From Chiloscyllium plagiosum (lineage: Eukaryota): a stretch of DNA of 48,606 bases. Shown here one piece after another: positions 24,262 through 36,479 of this stretch. The stretch spans positions 1 to 48,606 of the forward strand of contig NC_057760.1 of NCBI RefSeq assembly GCF_004010195.1, given 5' to 3'. The translations under genes and the position numbers were made by a program. Each line of letters begins with the position of its first letter. The first letter of the stretch is position 1. Below the pieces are notes generated by a model, which saw only the letters and a program-made list of their open reading frames with translations, made no database searches and was not told where the DNA came from.

Positions 24262-25130
24262 CGTCTATGAATTTCAGGAGTGGTGTAGTGTTGGTCTGTA
24301 CAGCCCAACAATTGGTAGAATAAACCAGACACGTTGCTTGTGCCAAGTTAATTGCATGCCGAACTTGGCCAGCCCCACTTGCAAAACTTTTAAGTTCGCT
24401 TCTGCGATTGGACAACAATCATTGCACAATCCTGACTGCGCTAAAGCAACGCAAATTGAACATAATTCGTCCAGCTCACATCCTGACTCATTTACACCCG
24501 CTGGAACTGAACTACATTCATACCATTCTCTGTAAACAAAAAAATGCTATGTTCAAATTTTGCACCTTCTCTGAGGTTGGGGGACTCTATTGCTTGATCT
24601 TTGACCTCCTTCTGTATCGGTGACTCAGTCATTAGCAGTGCTGCCTCACAGTACCAGGGACCTGGGTTTGATTCCAGCCTCGGGCGACTGTCTGTGTGGA
24701 ATTTGCACATTCTCCCAGTGTCTGCGTGGGTTTCCTTCAGTTGTTCCGGTTTCCTCCCACACTCTAAAGATGTGCAGGTTAAGGTGGATTGGCCTTGCTA
24801 AATTGCCCATACAGTGTTCAGGGATGTGTAAATCAGGTGGATTAGCCATGGGAAATACAGGGTTACAGGGAGAGGGTAGAGGGTGTGATGCTCTCCAGGA
24901 GGTCAGTGTGGACTTGTCGGGCCAAATGGCCTGTTTCCACGTTGTAGGAATTCTACTCTACATAGTAATTCTGTGATTCGGTTAATCAGAGTCAATTTGT
25001 CAACCAATCAAAGACCTTTTCCTCCAGTAGTATAAATCAGTCCGAGCCGTTGAAATTTGGTATTCTTGCATCTGTCCTGAAGATGCAAGATGAGACGGGT
25101 TGGCAACACGTATCTCTTTTTGGCCATATT
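24262..25130 (+). mobile_element. Penelope-like element 3' relic (degenerate GIY-YIG endonuclease plus terminal repeat), split by an HE1 SINE at 24618-24960
   Basis: VYEFQ...SAIGQQSLHNPDCAK and, in a shifted frame, IIRPAHILTHLHPLELNYIHTILCKQK resemble the recalled Penelope endonuclease (SAIGxH...LEAxYI...LCKQ). Confidence 0.6.
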
Positions 25131-25469
25131 CGCTAATTGTCCTTGAGTTTTGTGTTCTTGATTGGGCCATTGCAACCATATCGCTGTGGGGCTAGACTCA
25201 CATGTAGGCCAGATCAGCTTCTTTCCCTAAACGGCATGAGTGAACTGGACGGGTGTTTAGGACAATCAATGATGGTTGGTTAGTCACCGTCACTAAAGCT
25301 AGCTTCAGGTTGCAGATTTTATTAGTTGAATTTAAATTCCACCAACTGGTGTCCTGACAGGATTTGAACCTGTGTCTCTAGAGCATGAGCCTGGACACCT
25401 CACTTGGTAATCCAGTGACATTACCACAACACCAACATCTTCCAGAAAAGTTGTTGGAAAACTTGAAAG

Positions 25470-26065
25470 GAAAGATTTATAAGGAGACATTGCCAGGGCA
25501 GGAGTGTTTGAGCTTTTGGGAGAGGCTGAATAGACTGGGCATATTTTCCCTGGAGGGGTCAGAGACTTTATGGAGGGGCATGGATAGGGTGAATTGCCAA
25601 TGTCTTTTTCCTAGGGTGGGGGAGTCCAAAACTAGAGGGCATAAGGTTAAGGTGAGAGGGGCAAGATTTGAAAAGGACCTGAGGGGCAACTTTTTCACTC
25701 TGAGGGTGGTGCGTGTATGGAATGAGCTGCCAGAGGAAGTGGTGGAGGCTGGTACAATGACAACATTCAAAAGGCATCTGGATGGATATATGAATAGGAA
25801 GAGTTTAGAGGGATATGATGAAGGGCTTTTGCCCAAAACGTTGATTTTCCTGCTCTTCGGATGCTGCCTGACCTGCTGTGCTTTTCTAGCACCACTCTAA
25901 TCTTGACTCTGATCTCCAGCATCTGCAGTCCTCACTTTCGCCCCGTTTAGAGGGATATGGCCAAAGTGCTGACAAATGGGACTAGATTAGGTTAGGATAT
26001 CCGGTTGGCATGGACGAGTTGGACCGAAGGGTCTGTTTCCATGCTGTACGACTCTGTGACTCAGA
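25470..26065 (+). mobile_element. CR1/HER1 3' fragment with a Penelope-like insertion at 25818-25944
   Basis: RGNFFTLRVVRVWNELPEEVVEAG; 15-bp TSD around the insertion. Confidence 0.9.
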
Positions 26066-26721
26066 CTTGGAGGTGATAGTGTTACTTGTGGATCAGTCAG
26101 AGATGTGGTTAAATTATAGAAGGTTCTTGAGGAAGGAAGGGTTACCATTACAGAGAAAGCCACTTCTGTAAGTTCTCACTTAAAAAATATGTATTTACCC
26201 TTATTCTTTCATGGAATGTATATATCATTGGCAAGGTCAACACTGAACCGAATCCCTTGCTCCATCCATTTCAGAGCACAGTTAGGTCTGGAGTCACATG
26301 TAGGACCAGACTGGGTAGAGATGGCAGATTTCCTTCCCTAAAGGGCAATAGTGAGCCAGATGGGTTCTGTCACAACAAAATTTGCAAATAATGGGACCAA
26401 TTTAAGGTAAAGATCTGCAAACGAGGAGATGCTCTGCTTGGTTCTTCTTAATTCTAAATGGCTCATCTTATCAGTCAATGTGTTACCATAGTGTCGTGCT
26501 GTAACTCCTCCCTCACTTTCCTTCTCATCTATCTGCAATTTTGAAACACCCAGCCTTGAGATCACTCAGTCACCATTTCCTGGGGGAGCAGGGAAGAGTC
26601 AACGCCACATTGTTGTGGGGGCTGGATTCACCTATAGGCTAGAACAGGAACAGGCAGCAGATTTTCCTCCTGACATGGGCATTGGCAAAGCAAGGAGGAG
26701 GTTTTCCTGATGATTTATCGA

Positions 26722-27025
26722 GGGTGGCTCAGCAGTTAGCATGGCTGCCTCACAGCGCCAGGGACAGAGGTTCGATTCCAGCCTCGGGCGACTGTCCATG
26801 TGGAGTTTGCACGTTCTCCCCCTGTGTCTGTGTGGGTTTCCTCTGGGAGCTCTGGTTTCCTCCCACAGTCCAAAGATGTGCAGGTTAGGGTGGATTGTCC
26901 ATATAGTGTCCAGGGATGTGCAGGCTCGGGAAATACAGGGATTGGGTGGGATGGAATGCTTTCTGAATGTTCAGGTGTGGACTCAATGGGCCAAATGGCC
27001 TGATTTCACACTGTAAGGACTCTAT
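26722..27025 (+). mobile_element. HE1 SINE
   Basis: Head, core and tail motifs present. Confidence 0.85.
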
Positions 27026-27139
27026 CTGATATTCAGCATGACAAATACCAGTATGACACTCCTACCCTCCAGGGGTGTTCGTGAAACAAAAGTGTTCTTA
27101 CCACAATCGTTGAGGCCAATAATTTCAATTTCAGAATGA

Positions 27140-27430
27140 AGTTGTCTTTTCCCTAGAGTGGGAGGATTTCAAGACTCGGGGTCACATTTTTAAGATGTGA
27201 GGATAAAAATTTTAAAAGGGCATGAGGGAGGCTAGTTTTTTTTTTACACAGGTGTGGAATGAACTTACTGAGGGAGTGGTGGACGAGAGCACAGTTAACA
27301 ACTCATGAGGGGCATTGGGATAAGTACATGGATAGGAAAGGTTTAGAGGGACGTGGGGTGGGGCAGGGCAGGTAGGACAAGTTTAATTTGGGATTATGGT
27401 CGGCAGAGACTGACGGCCTTGCTGTATGAC
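27140..27430 (+). mobile_element. CR1 3' fragment
   Basis: gtggaatgaacttactgaggg...gggattatggtcggc. Confidence 0.7.
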
Positions 27431-27479
27431 ACTAATTAAGTGAATTGAAAGTTTGAGAGCTGTCTGAATCTATTGTGGA

Positions 27480-27798
27480 ACCCTGGGCGGCACTAGGACC
27501 CAGCCACAGCTGCTGTCTGTCTGTCAGGCTCCCTCCCTCTCTATCGCCAGACGCGTTGGTCAATGAAAAGAAAAAAAAGGATGTTGCTAACAGCTTGATT
27601 TCACATACTGCTCTCTCGTCACCGGGGGTGGGAGGGGAAGGGGAAGAGGAAGAGGTGGAGAGAGATTAAAAAAACATAGGCAGAGAGAGAGAGAGAGAGA
27701 GAAGGCAATCTAAGGACGAGTGGGGGTAAAGAGAAAAAGTTTGCAACTTTTCCTGAACATCCTTCCCCAAGGAAGCTGGAAAAGTTTTGGGGGAACAC
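27480..27798 (+). promoter_or_regulatory. Putative promoter / 5'UTR upstream of the candidate exon
   Basis: Repeat-free stretch with a GC-rich start, purine tracts and a (GA)n run at about 27683-27702, directly before the ATG and donor. Confidence 0.3.
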
Positions 27799-27857
27799 AT
27801 GAGTTCACAGGACAACAACACTGGCGAGAAAGCTGACCAAGAGGAACAGGATGGGAG
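27799..27857 (+). CDS. Candidate first coding exon of a downstream gene (MSSQDNNTGEKADQEEQDG, phase 2); possibly BNIPL by synteny
   Basis: ATG at 27799 is open to a perfect donor AG|GTGAGT at 27858. It lies in a repeat-free island with a purine-rich leader. BNIPL follows PRUNE1 on the same strand in human. No homology evidence. Confidence 0.45.
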
Positions 27858-28949
27858 GTGAGTGATAAGGAGAAAGAGGGGCTCCTCTTTTCATTTATTA
27901 TAACTTTGAAACTCAAGGTTGGGCTGCAGGAGGGGTCTTGTTTATCCCCCCATTCCTAGATCACGACCCCGAGCTGCACCGCTATCAACTTTTAACTTTT
28001 CAATGTGTAGATTCAAACTTACACAAGATTAAAGAAGATGCAAATTTTCTTGTAAAAACATTGTCATGTGCCATTGCAAAACAAATTTTTGATTCTTTAA
28101 TGTCGAAGATATCTGGCGCTACGACTTATTTCCCCATAATGTCCTTTGCTGACTGGATGTCCTGCACTGTTGTGTATCTTTGATCTCAACCTCTCAGCTG
28201 ATCCTCTGAGGAGAAATTCCTCCTCGTTTTTGACCCCGTTTCTGTCAGTTTGACAGAACAGACCATGATTGGATTTCTGTGCACACCTTCCCCCTACCTC
28301 AGGTTGGCAAATAATTTAGGTAGCTACTTATTCTGGAACTGAAAACAACTAAGGGAAAAAAAAATGCTGGAGATCACAGCAGGTCAGACAGCATCCATGA
28401 AGAGAAGACTTTTATTTGAGAAGTTGCCTGGGAGATAGGATGGGTCAGCTCATGGATTTTACAAGCTCATGGTTAAGGAACAGATGCTTTTCTTTAAAAA
28501 TGGTAATAGTATGCAATATAAATATTGACCCAGGATTCTGGGCAGAGGGGACAATGGATTCCAGCAAAATAGTGGCTGTGGGATGATTTGCCCCCCTCCC
28601 CACCCCACCTGACAGTGTCTCAGACCACCCGAGAGATGGGGTGGTACCTCTTTAGTGCTAGCACTGGCAGAGGGTGGGAGTGAGGAGGAATTTCTTCTCT
28701 CTGAAGAGCAGTTGAGAGTCTGTGGAATTGTCTCCCCTCAACCCAGTGCAGGGGAGGCTGAAAAAGACAGGTCTCAGATTGACGGGGAGGGGAATCGAGA
28801 GTTGGTGGGGGGGGAAGAGATGGGAAAAGGCGTCAGAGCTGGAGTGGTGGAGCAGACTTGAGATGCTGAATGGCTCCTATTTCTTTCATGAAATGGTCGA
28901 TCATCAGATTTCCCTCTCACCTTACCCTGAGAGGTTATGCCATTGAGTG

Positions 28950-29243
28950 ATTAGATTCCCTACAGTGTGGAAACAGGCCCTTCAGCCCAACAAGTGCACA
29001 CCGACCCTCCGAAGAGTAACCCACGCAGACCCATTTCCCTCTGACTAACGCACCTAACACTATGGGACAATTTAGCATGGCCAATTCACCCTAACCTGCA
29101 CATCTTGCACAACCCGGAGGAAACCCAAGCAGACACAGGGAGTACATGCAAACTCCACACAGACAGTCACCCAAGGCTGGAATCGAACCTGGGATCCTGG
29201 TGCTGTGAGGCAACAGTGCTAACCACTGAGTCACTGTGCCACC
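28950..29243 (-). mobile_element. HE1 SINE
   Basis: Antisense copy starting gattagattccctacagtgtggaaacagg. Confidence 0.9.
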
Positions 29244-29689
29244 CACGGGTGTTTGAAGGCTGGCTGAGAGTAGGCAGGTTTCTGAAAATTAGTCCTATCT
29301 AGAGGCTGCTTATGTTCAGGAGTAGGCCACTCAGCCTGAACTGGCTGTGCTAGCTCCCCCTGCTTTTTCCCTAGGGGCCGACCATTCTTCTTCCCTTGGT
29401 TCATTATCCAACTTTCTTCTGAAAGTTTTGGCTGAACCGGCCTCGACCACACTCTCAGCCGGTAAGTCTCCAGATTCTAACCACTCACTGCGTAACAAAC
29501 CTTCCTGGGTCTCGGCTTTGCTTCTTCTGTTGATGACCTGAAAGCGGTCTCCTCTCGTTCTTGGTTCTTCCACCCACTGGGGAATTGCTTCTCGCTCTCC
29601 ACTCTGTCCACATTCCTTACGATTAGTATCAAATCTCGTATCAACCCCCTTCTCTACAGTCTTATCAACTCCAGTCTATCCATATACCT

Positions 29690-31880
29690 GTGAATAGGAA
29701 GGATATTATTAAGCTGGAGAGGGTTCAGAAGAGATTTACCAGGATGTTGCTGGGAATGGAGGGTTTGAGTTATAGGGAAAGGCTGGATAGGCGGGGACTT
29801 CTTTCATGGTAGCGTGGGGGGGGGGGTTGAGGGGTGACCTTATAGTGATTTATAAAATCATGAGAGGTAAACATAAGGTGAACGATAGGTATCTTTTCCC
29901 TTGGGTTGGGGGGGGGGGGGCACCAGACTCGGGGGCATTTTTTAAGATGAGAGGAAAAAGATTTTTATAAAAAGCAATTTTATTTTACACCAAGTGGTTA
30001 TGGAATGAATGTCCAAAGAAAGTAATGGATGCGGGTATACAGTATAAAAAAAATTAGATAAGGGACATGGCAAATAGAATTAAGGAAAATCCAAACGGAT
30101 TTTTTACAAATACATTAAGAACAAAAGGGTAACTAGAGAGAGAATAGGACCCCTCAAAGATCAGCAATGTGGCCTTTGTGTGGAGCCGCAGAAAATGGAG
30201 GGGGGATACTAAATGAGTATTTTGCATCAGTATTTATTGTGGAAAAGGATATGGAAGATATAGACTGTAGGGAAATAGATGGTGACATCTTGCAAAATGT
30301 CCAGATTGCAGAGGAGGAAGTGCTGGATGTCTTGAAACGCATCAAGGTGGATAAATCCCCAGGACCTGATCAGGTGTACCCTAGAACTCTGTGGGAAGCT
30401 AGAGAAGTGATTGTTGGGCCTCTTGTTGAGATATTTGTATCATCGATAGTCACAGGTGAGGTGCCGGAAGACTGGAGGTTGGCAAACGTGGTGCCACTGT
30501 TTAAGAAGGGCGGTAAGGACAAGCCAGGGAACTATAGAACAGTGAGCCTGACATCGGTGGTGGGCAAGTTGTTGGAGGGAATCCTGAGGGACAGGATGTA
30601 CATGTATTTGGAAAGGCAAGGACTGATTAGGGATAGTCAACATGGCTTTGTGCATGGGAAATCATGTCTCACAAATTCGATTGAGTTTTTTGAAGAAATA
30701 ATAAAGAGGATTGATGAGGGCAGAGCGGTAGATGTGATCTATATGGACTTCAGTAAGACGTTCGACAAGGTTCCCCATGGGAGACTGATTAGCAAGGTTA
30801 GTGGACAGCAAAGAGGGTTACCTCAGATTACAACAGGGTCTTGACTAGATGGGCCAATGGGCTGAGAAGTGGCAGATGGAGTTTAATTCAGATAAATGCG
30901 AGGTGCTGCATTTTGGGAAAGCAAATCTTAGCAGGACATATACACTTAATGATAAGGTCCTAGGGAGTGTTGCTGAACAAAGAGACTTTGGAGTGCAGGT
31001 TCATAGCTCCTTGAAAGTGGAGTCGCAGGTGATAAGATAGTGAAGAAGGCGTTTGGTATGCTTTCTTTTATTGGTCAGAGTATTGAGTACAGGAGTTGGG
31101 AGGTCATGTTGTGGCTGTACAGGACGTTGGTGAGGCCATTGTTGGAATATTGCAATTCTGGTCTCCTTCCTATCGGAAGGATGTTGTGAAACTTGAAAGG
31201 GTTCAGAAAAGATTTACAACGATGTTGCCAGGGTTGGAGGATTTGAGCTATAGGGAGAGGATAAAGGGCTTATGCCTGAAATGTCGATTCTCCTGCTCCT
31301 CGAATGCTGCCTGACCAGCTGTGCTTTTCCAGCACCACACTCCTGTCTCTGGTCTCCAGCATCTGCAGTCCTTACTTTCTCCTAGAGGCTGAACAGGCTG
31401 GGGCTGTTTTCCCTGGACCGTCGGAGGCTGAGGGGTGACCTTATAGAGGTTTATACAATCATGAGGGGCATGGATAGGATAAATAGACAAGATCTTTTCC
31501 ATGGGATGGGGGAGTCCAGAACTAGAGGATGTGGTTTAGGGTGAGAGGGGAAAAGCTACAAAAGAGATCTGTGGCAGAACGTTTTTCACACAGAGGGTGG
31601 TACGTGTATGGAATGAGCTGCCAGAGGAAGTGGTGGAGGCTGGTACAATTACCACATTTAAAAGGCATCTGGATGAGTATATGAATAGGAAGGGTTTGGA
31701 GGGATATGAGCCAGATGCTGGCAGGCGGGACTAGATTGGGTTGGGATATGTGTCAGCATGGACAGGTTGGACCGAAGGGTGTGTTTCCATGCTGTACATC
31801 TCTGTGACTCTATATGGGCCAAGATTAGGCAGGTGGGACTAGTTTGGTTTGGAATTATGGTCTGGCTGCATCAAAGGGTC
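29690..31880 (+). mobile_element. 5'-truncated CR1/HER1 LINE (about 30060-31815; disrupted RT) nested in an older CR1 3' fragment
   Basis: KSPGPDQVYPR...EDWRLANVVPLFKKG...QHGFVHGKSCLTN...DVIYMDFSKTFDKVPH. An internal deletion at about 30800 removes the FADD catalytic region, and frameshifts follow. Confidence 0.95.
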
Positions 31881-32358
31881 TGTTTCCTTGTCACCTTTCA
31901 CCCTTGTCTAACACCTTCACAAGTCTGAAAGTGCAGTGCCCAGAGCTGGATGTAATATTCTAGTTGATTTTATTTATGAAGCCCTGGGTTCCAAATGTTT
32001 TATTAGCTGCTTTCTCATCTTGCCCTGATATCTTCAACCACTTGGTGCATATATAATCCCCTTTAGAATTGGCTTGGTTATAAATGCTGACCTAGCCAGG
32101 GACTGCCATGTTCGTGGAGCAAATTTTTAAAATCTCTTACTTTATATCACTCCACCATTTCCTCTTGAAGTCTTATTGCTATCCTCATAGTATGCATACT
32201 TAAAATTTCATTACCGACCACAAACGCTGTGATTATGCCTATCACCTTCAGGTCTAGGACATGAACATGCATCAAGATGGGAAACGCTGGTGTTGAAGGA
32301 ATGTCAATAGACTTTGGGCTCAAGGATTCAAATGGCAGCTGGTTGAACTTAAATTCAT

Positions 32359-32720
32359 GGGTGGCACGGTGGCTCAGTGGTTAGCACAGCTGCCTCACGG
32401 TGCCAGGGAGCTGGGTTCGATTCCAGCCTCAGGCGACTATCTGTGTGGAGTTTGCACATGTGTCTGTGTGGGTTTCCTCCCACAGTTCAAAGATGTTCTG
32501 GTTAGGGTGGATTGGCCATGCTAAATTGTCCCGTAGTGCCCAGGGATGTGTTGGTTAGGGTGGATTGGCCATGCTAAATTGTCCCATAGTGCCCAGGAAT
32601 GTGTAGGTTAGGTGCATTAGTCAGGAGAAATCTAGGGGAATGGGCCGGGGTGGGTTACTCTTTGGAGGGTTGGTGTGGACTTGTTGGGCCAAATGGCCTG
32701 TTTCCACACTGTAAGGATTC
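32359..32720 (+). mobile_element. HE1 SINE nested in a second-family tRNA SINE (about 32285-32912)
   Basis: gggtggcacggtggctcagtggttagc head; host SINE motifs on both sides. Confidence 0.85.
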
Positions 32721-32914
32721 TGTGATTCTTTTAATAGACCTGGAATTGAAAGCTAATCTCAGTGAAAGTGACTGTGAAAATGATCATTGATTATTATAAA
32801 ACCGTATCTTGTTTACTAATATCCCTGGGGGAAGGAATCTACTGTCGTTACTCAGTCTGGCCTATATGTGATCTCAGACCCACATCAATGTGGTTGAGTC
32901 TGAACCTCCCTCTA

Positions 32915-33610
32915 CAATAAGAATGTAAGGAACAGCAGCAAGAGTAGGCCATTTGGCCCATCGAGCCTGCACCACCATTCAATAAGATCATGGCTGATTG
33001 TCAGGAAACAAGAGTGCTGGTGAATGGTTGCTTTTTACGGACCCAGCTCCACCTGCACTCACCAAGGTTACTTTATTGTTCAAAAATCTATGTTTGCCTT
33101 CAAACCATTCAATGAGGTAGCCTCAACTGGGCGGGGATTCCCACAGATTCCCAACCTTCTGGGCGAAGAGGTTCCTCCTCAGCTCAGCCCTAAATCTGTT
33201 CCCCCCCCCGCCCTATTATTTTGAGGGTACCCCCCCACCGTTCTAGTTTCACCCTCCAGTGGGAACAACCTCCCTGCTTCGATACTTATCCAGGCCCTTC
33301 ATCATTTTATAAGATGCCCCCTCATTCATCTAAATTCCAGTGAGTCCCAGCCGACTCAATCTCTCCTCATAAGCCAAACCCTTCAACTCTGAATCAACCT
33401 GAGTGAATCTCCTCTGTGCCGCCCCCCCCCCACTCCAATGCCAGTGGGTCCTTTCTGAAGAAAACAGACCAAAACTGTACACAGTTACTCCCAGGTGTGG
33501 CCTTACCAGCACCCTGTACAGCTGCAGCATAACCTCCCTGTTTTTAAACTCCTTCTCTCTAGCAACGAAGGACAATATTTCACTTCCCTTCGTAATTACC
33601 TGCTGCATCT
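32915..33610 (-). mobile_element. CR1 3' fragment
   Basis: REVMLQLYRVLVRPHL...YEERLSRLGL. Confidence 0.85.
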
Positions 33611-33954
33611 GAGCAGGATAATGTGGTCAATTCTGGCCTTGTCATCCAATGAGGATAAAAGGGATTGGTCAGGGTACAACCCTCTGTCGGTTCCCACCCC
33701 CTTTTGGTGTAAAAGGCAACCATTCACCAGCACTCTTGTTTCCTGACAATCAGGTAAATACCTACGGTGGCATTTGGTAGATCAGCCTTTACCAGCAGCA
33801 ATTTGGAAGTCCATATATACACCAACGCAGTCTGTTGCCTCATCAAAGAAGAAACACAATCCAGTTCGGTGAAACAAATTTTGCCTTTGAGATCCAACTG
33901 GCTTTGCTCGATTTTCTGCCTAATTATTGAAGGATTGTGGATGTCACTGACTGT

Positions 33955-35620
33955 GTCCTGGAGGAGGTGGTGCTGAGCTGCAGTGATGGTCCACACTGCT
34001 CCCTATCCCTTTCTGCCCTGGAGGAGGTGGTGCTGAGCTGCAGTGATAGTCCACACTGCTCCCTGTCCCTCACTGCCCTGGAGGAGGTGGTGCTGAGCTG
34101 CAGTGATGGTCCACACTGCTTCCTGTCCCTCCCTACCCTGGAGGAGGTGATGCTGCGCTGCAGTGATGGTCCACACTGCTTCCTGTCCCTCCCTACCCTG
34201 GGGGAGGTGATGCTGCGCTGCAGTGATGGTCCACACTGCTTCCTGTCCCTCCCTACCCTGGAGGAGGTGATGCTGAGCTGCAGTGATGGTCCACACTGCT
34301 CCCTGTCCCTCACTACCCTGGGGGAGGTGATGCTGTGCTGCAGTGATAGTCCACACTGCTCCCTGTCCCTCACTGCCCTGGAGGAGGTGATGCTGAGCTG
34401 CAGTGATGGTCCACACTGCTCCCTGTCCCTCCCTACCCTGGAGGAGGTGATGCTGAGCTGCAGTGATGGTCCACACTGCTCCCTGTCCCTCACTGCCCTG
34501 GAGGAGATGATGCTGAGCTGCAGTGATGGTCCACACTGCTCCCTGTCCCTCCCTACCCTGGAGGAGGTGATGCTGAGCTGCAGTGATGGTCCACACTGCT
34601 CCCTGTCCCTCACTACCCTGGGGGAGGTGATGCTGCGCTGCAGTGATGGTCCACACTGCTCCCTGTCCCTCACTGCCCTGGGGGAGGTGATGCTGAGCTG
34701 CAGTGATGGTCCACACTGCTCCCTGTCCCTCACTACCCTGGGGGAGATGATGCTGAGCTGCAGTGATGGTCCACACTGCTCCCTGTCCCTCACTACCCTG
34801 GAGGAGGTGATGCTGAGCTGCAGTGATGGTCCACACTGCTCCCTGTCCCTCACTGCCCTGGAGGAGATGATGCTGAGCTGCAGTGATGGTCCACACTGCT
34901 CCCTGTCCCTCACTACCCTGGGGGAGGTGATGCTGCGCTGCAGTGATGGTCCGCACTGCTCCCTGTCCCTCACTGCCCTGGGGGAGGTGATGCTGAGCTG
35001 CAGTGATGGTCCACACTGCTCCCTGTCCCTCACTACCCTGGGGGAGGTGATGCTGAGCTGCAGTGATGGTCCACACTGCTCCCTGTCCCTCACTGCCCTG
35101 GGGGAGGTGATGCTGCGCTGCAGTGATGGTCCACACTGCTCCCTGTCCCTCCCTACCCTGGAGGAGGTGATGCTGAGCTGTAGTGATGGTCCACACTGAT
35201 TCCTGTCCCTCCCTACCCTGGAGGAGATGATGCTGAGCTGCAGTGATGGTCCACACTGCTCCCTGTCCCTCCCTATCCTGGGGGAGGTGATGCTGAGCTG
35301 CAGTGATGGTCCACACTGCTCCCTGTCCCTCCCTACCCTGGGGGAGGTGATGCTGAGCTGCAGTGATGGTCCACACTGCTCCCTGTCCCTCACTGCCCTG
35401 GAGGAGGTGATGCTGCGCTGCAGTGATGGTCCACACTGCTCCCTGTCCCTCCCTACCCTGGAGGAGGTGATGCTGAGCTGCAGGGATGGTCCACACTGCT
35501 CCCTGTCCCTCACTGCCCTGGAGGAGGTGATGCTGAGCTGCAGTGATGGTCCACACTGCTCCCTGTCCCTCACTGCCCTGGGGGAGGTGATGCTGAGCTG
35601 CAGTGATGGTCCACACTGCT
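33955..35620. repeat. 60-bp minisatellite, about 27.7 copies, no indels
   Basis: Unit gaggaggtgatgctgagctgcagtgatggtccacactgctccctgtccctcactaccctg keeps perfect 60-nt register. Confidence 0.98.
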
Positions 35621-35902
35621 GTTAGGGAGGAAGTTTCAGATTCCACATTTTGTCTGAGTGAATTATGTCCTGGAATATCCTTTCTCCCAGTTTTCCAATC
35701 ATGAAGTTAAGCCGACTGGCCTCGTTGCTGCATTTTTCCTTACATTATTTGTTGTTTTGATCGTGGGTGTACATGTGCACTTCTCCAGTCCTGAGGCACG
35801 ACTGATGCTCCAAGGAGGATTTGAACATTGCAGACGCTTTCTCTGCAATTTGAACCCTTCGGACACCTCAGATGCATCTCACTGGTTCTTGGTGACCTTC
35901 AG

Positions 35903-36241
35903 GAGTGGCACGGTGCCTCAGTGGTTAGCACCGCTGCCTCTCAATGCCTGGTTCGATTCCACTCTCAGGCAACCATCTGTGTGGAGTTTGTGCATTCTCC
36001 CACTGTGTCTGCGCATGGGTTTCCTCAGCGCAATCCATCCACAGTTCAAAGATGTGCAGGTTAGGGTTTATTCGACCACGTTAAATTGCTCAGGGATGTG
36101 CAGGCTAGATGGCTTAGCCATGGGAAATGCAGGGTTACCGGGAGGTATAGGGTAGGGGGAATGGATCTGAGTGGGATGACTTTGGAGGGTCAATGTGCAC
36201 TTGATGGGCCGAATGGCCTGCTTCTACACTGTAGGGATTCT
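35903..36241 (+). mobile_element. HE1 SINE
   Basis: gtggcacggtgcctcagtggttagc...cactgtagggattc. Confidence 0.85.
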
Positions 36242-36479
36242 AACCTTTCTACAAGTTTTCATTTTAATCTTTGCGCCCATTCAATCTCTCAACCATGACT
36301 TGAGTAGTGAAAACAGTTGAAAATTGATGGTTTAACAACTCAGCCACAGTCTTTGACTCTGCGATAGTTTTCAATTTTGTTCTTTAATGGCTCCTACTAC
36401 TCCTTTTAACCATCTTCTAACTATTTATTTCTCTCTAGCAGACGTTTGGATTGTTTATGATGCTAGTGACCAGGGCATA

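Noticed and set aside
30167..30844. Functional reverse transcriptase gene
   Set aside because: This is a truncated CR1 ORF2 with a deletion of the catalytic region and downstream frameshifts.
33955..35620. Tandem C/D-box snoRNA-like array (GTGATG...CTGA in each unit)
   Set aside because: The C box is non-canonical (GTGATGG or GTGATGC), units abut with no spacers, and no guide complementarity is recognisable.
33924..35646. 420-549 aa ORFs over the 60-bp array
   Set aside because: They are a by-product of a stop-free unit whose length is divisible by 3. They are open on both strands, embedded in a CR1 relic, and I see no convincing splice sites.
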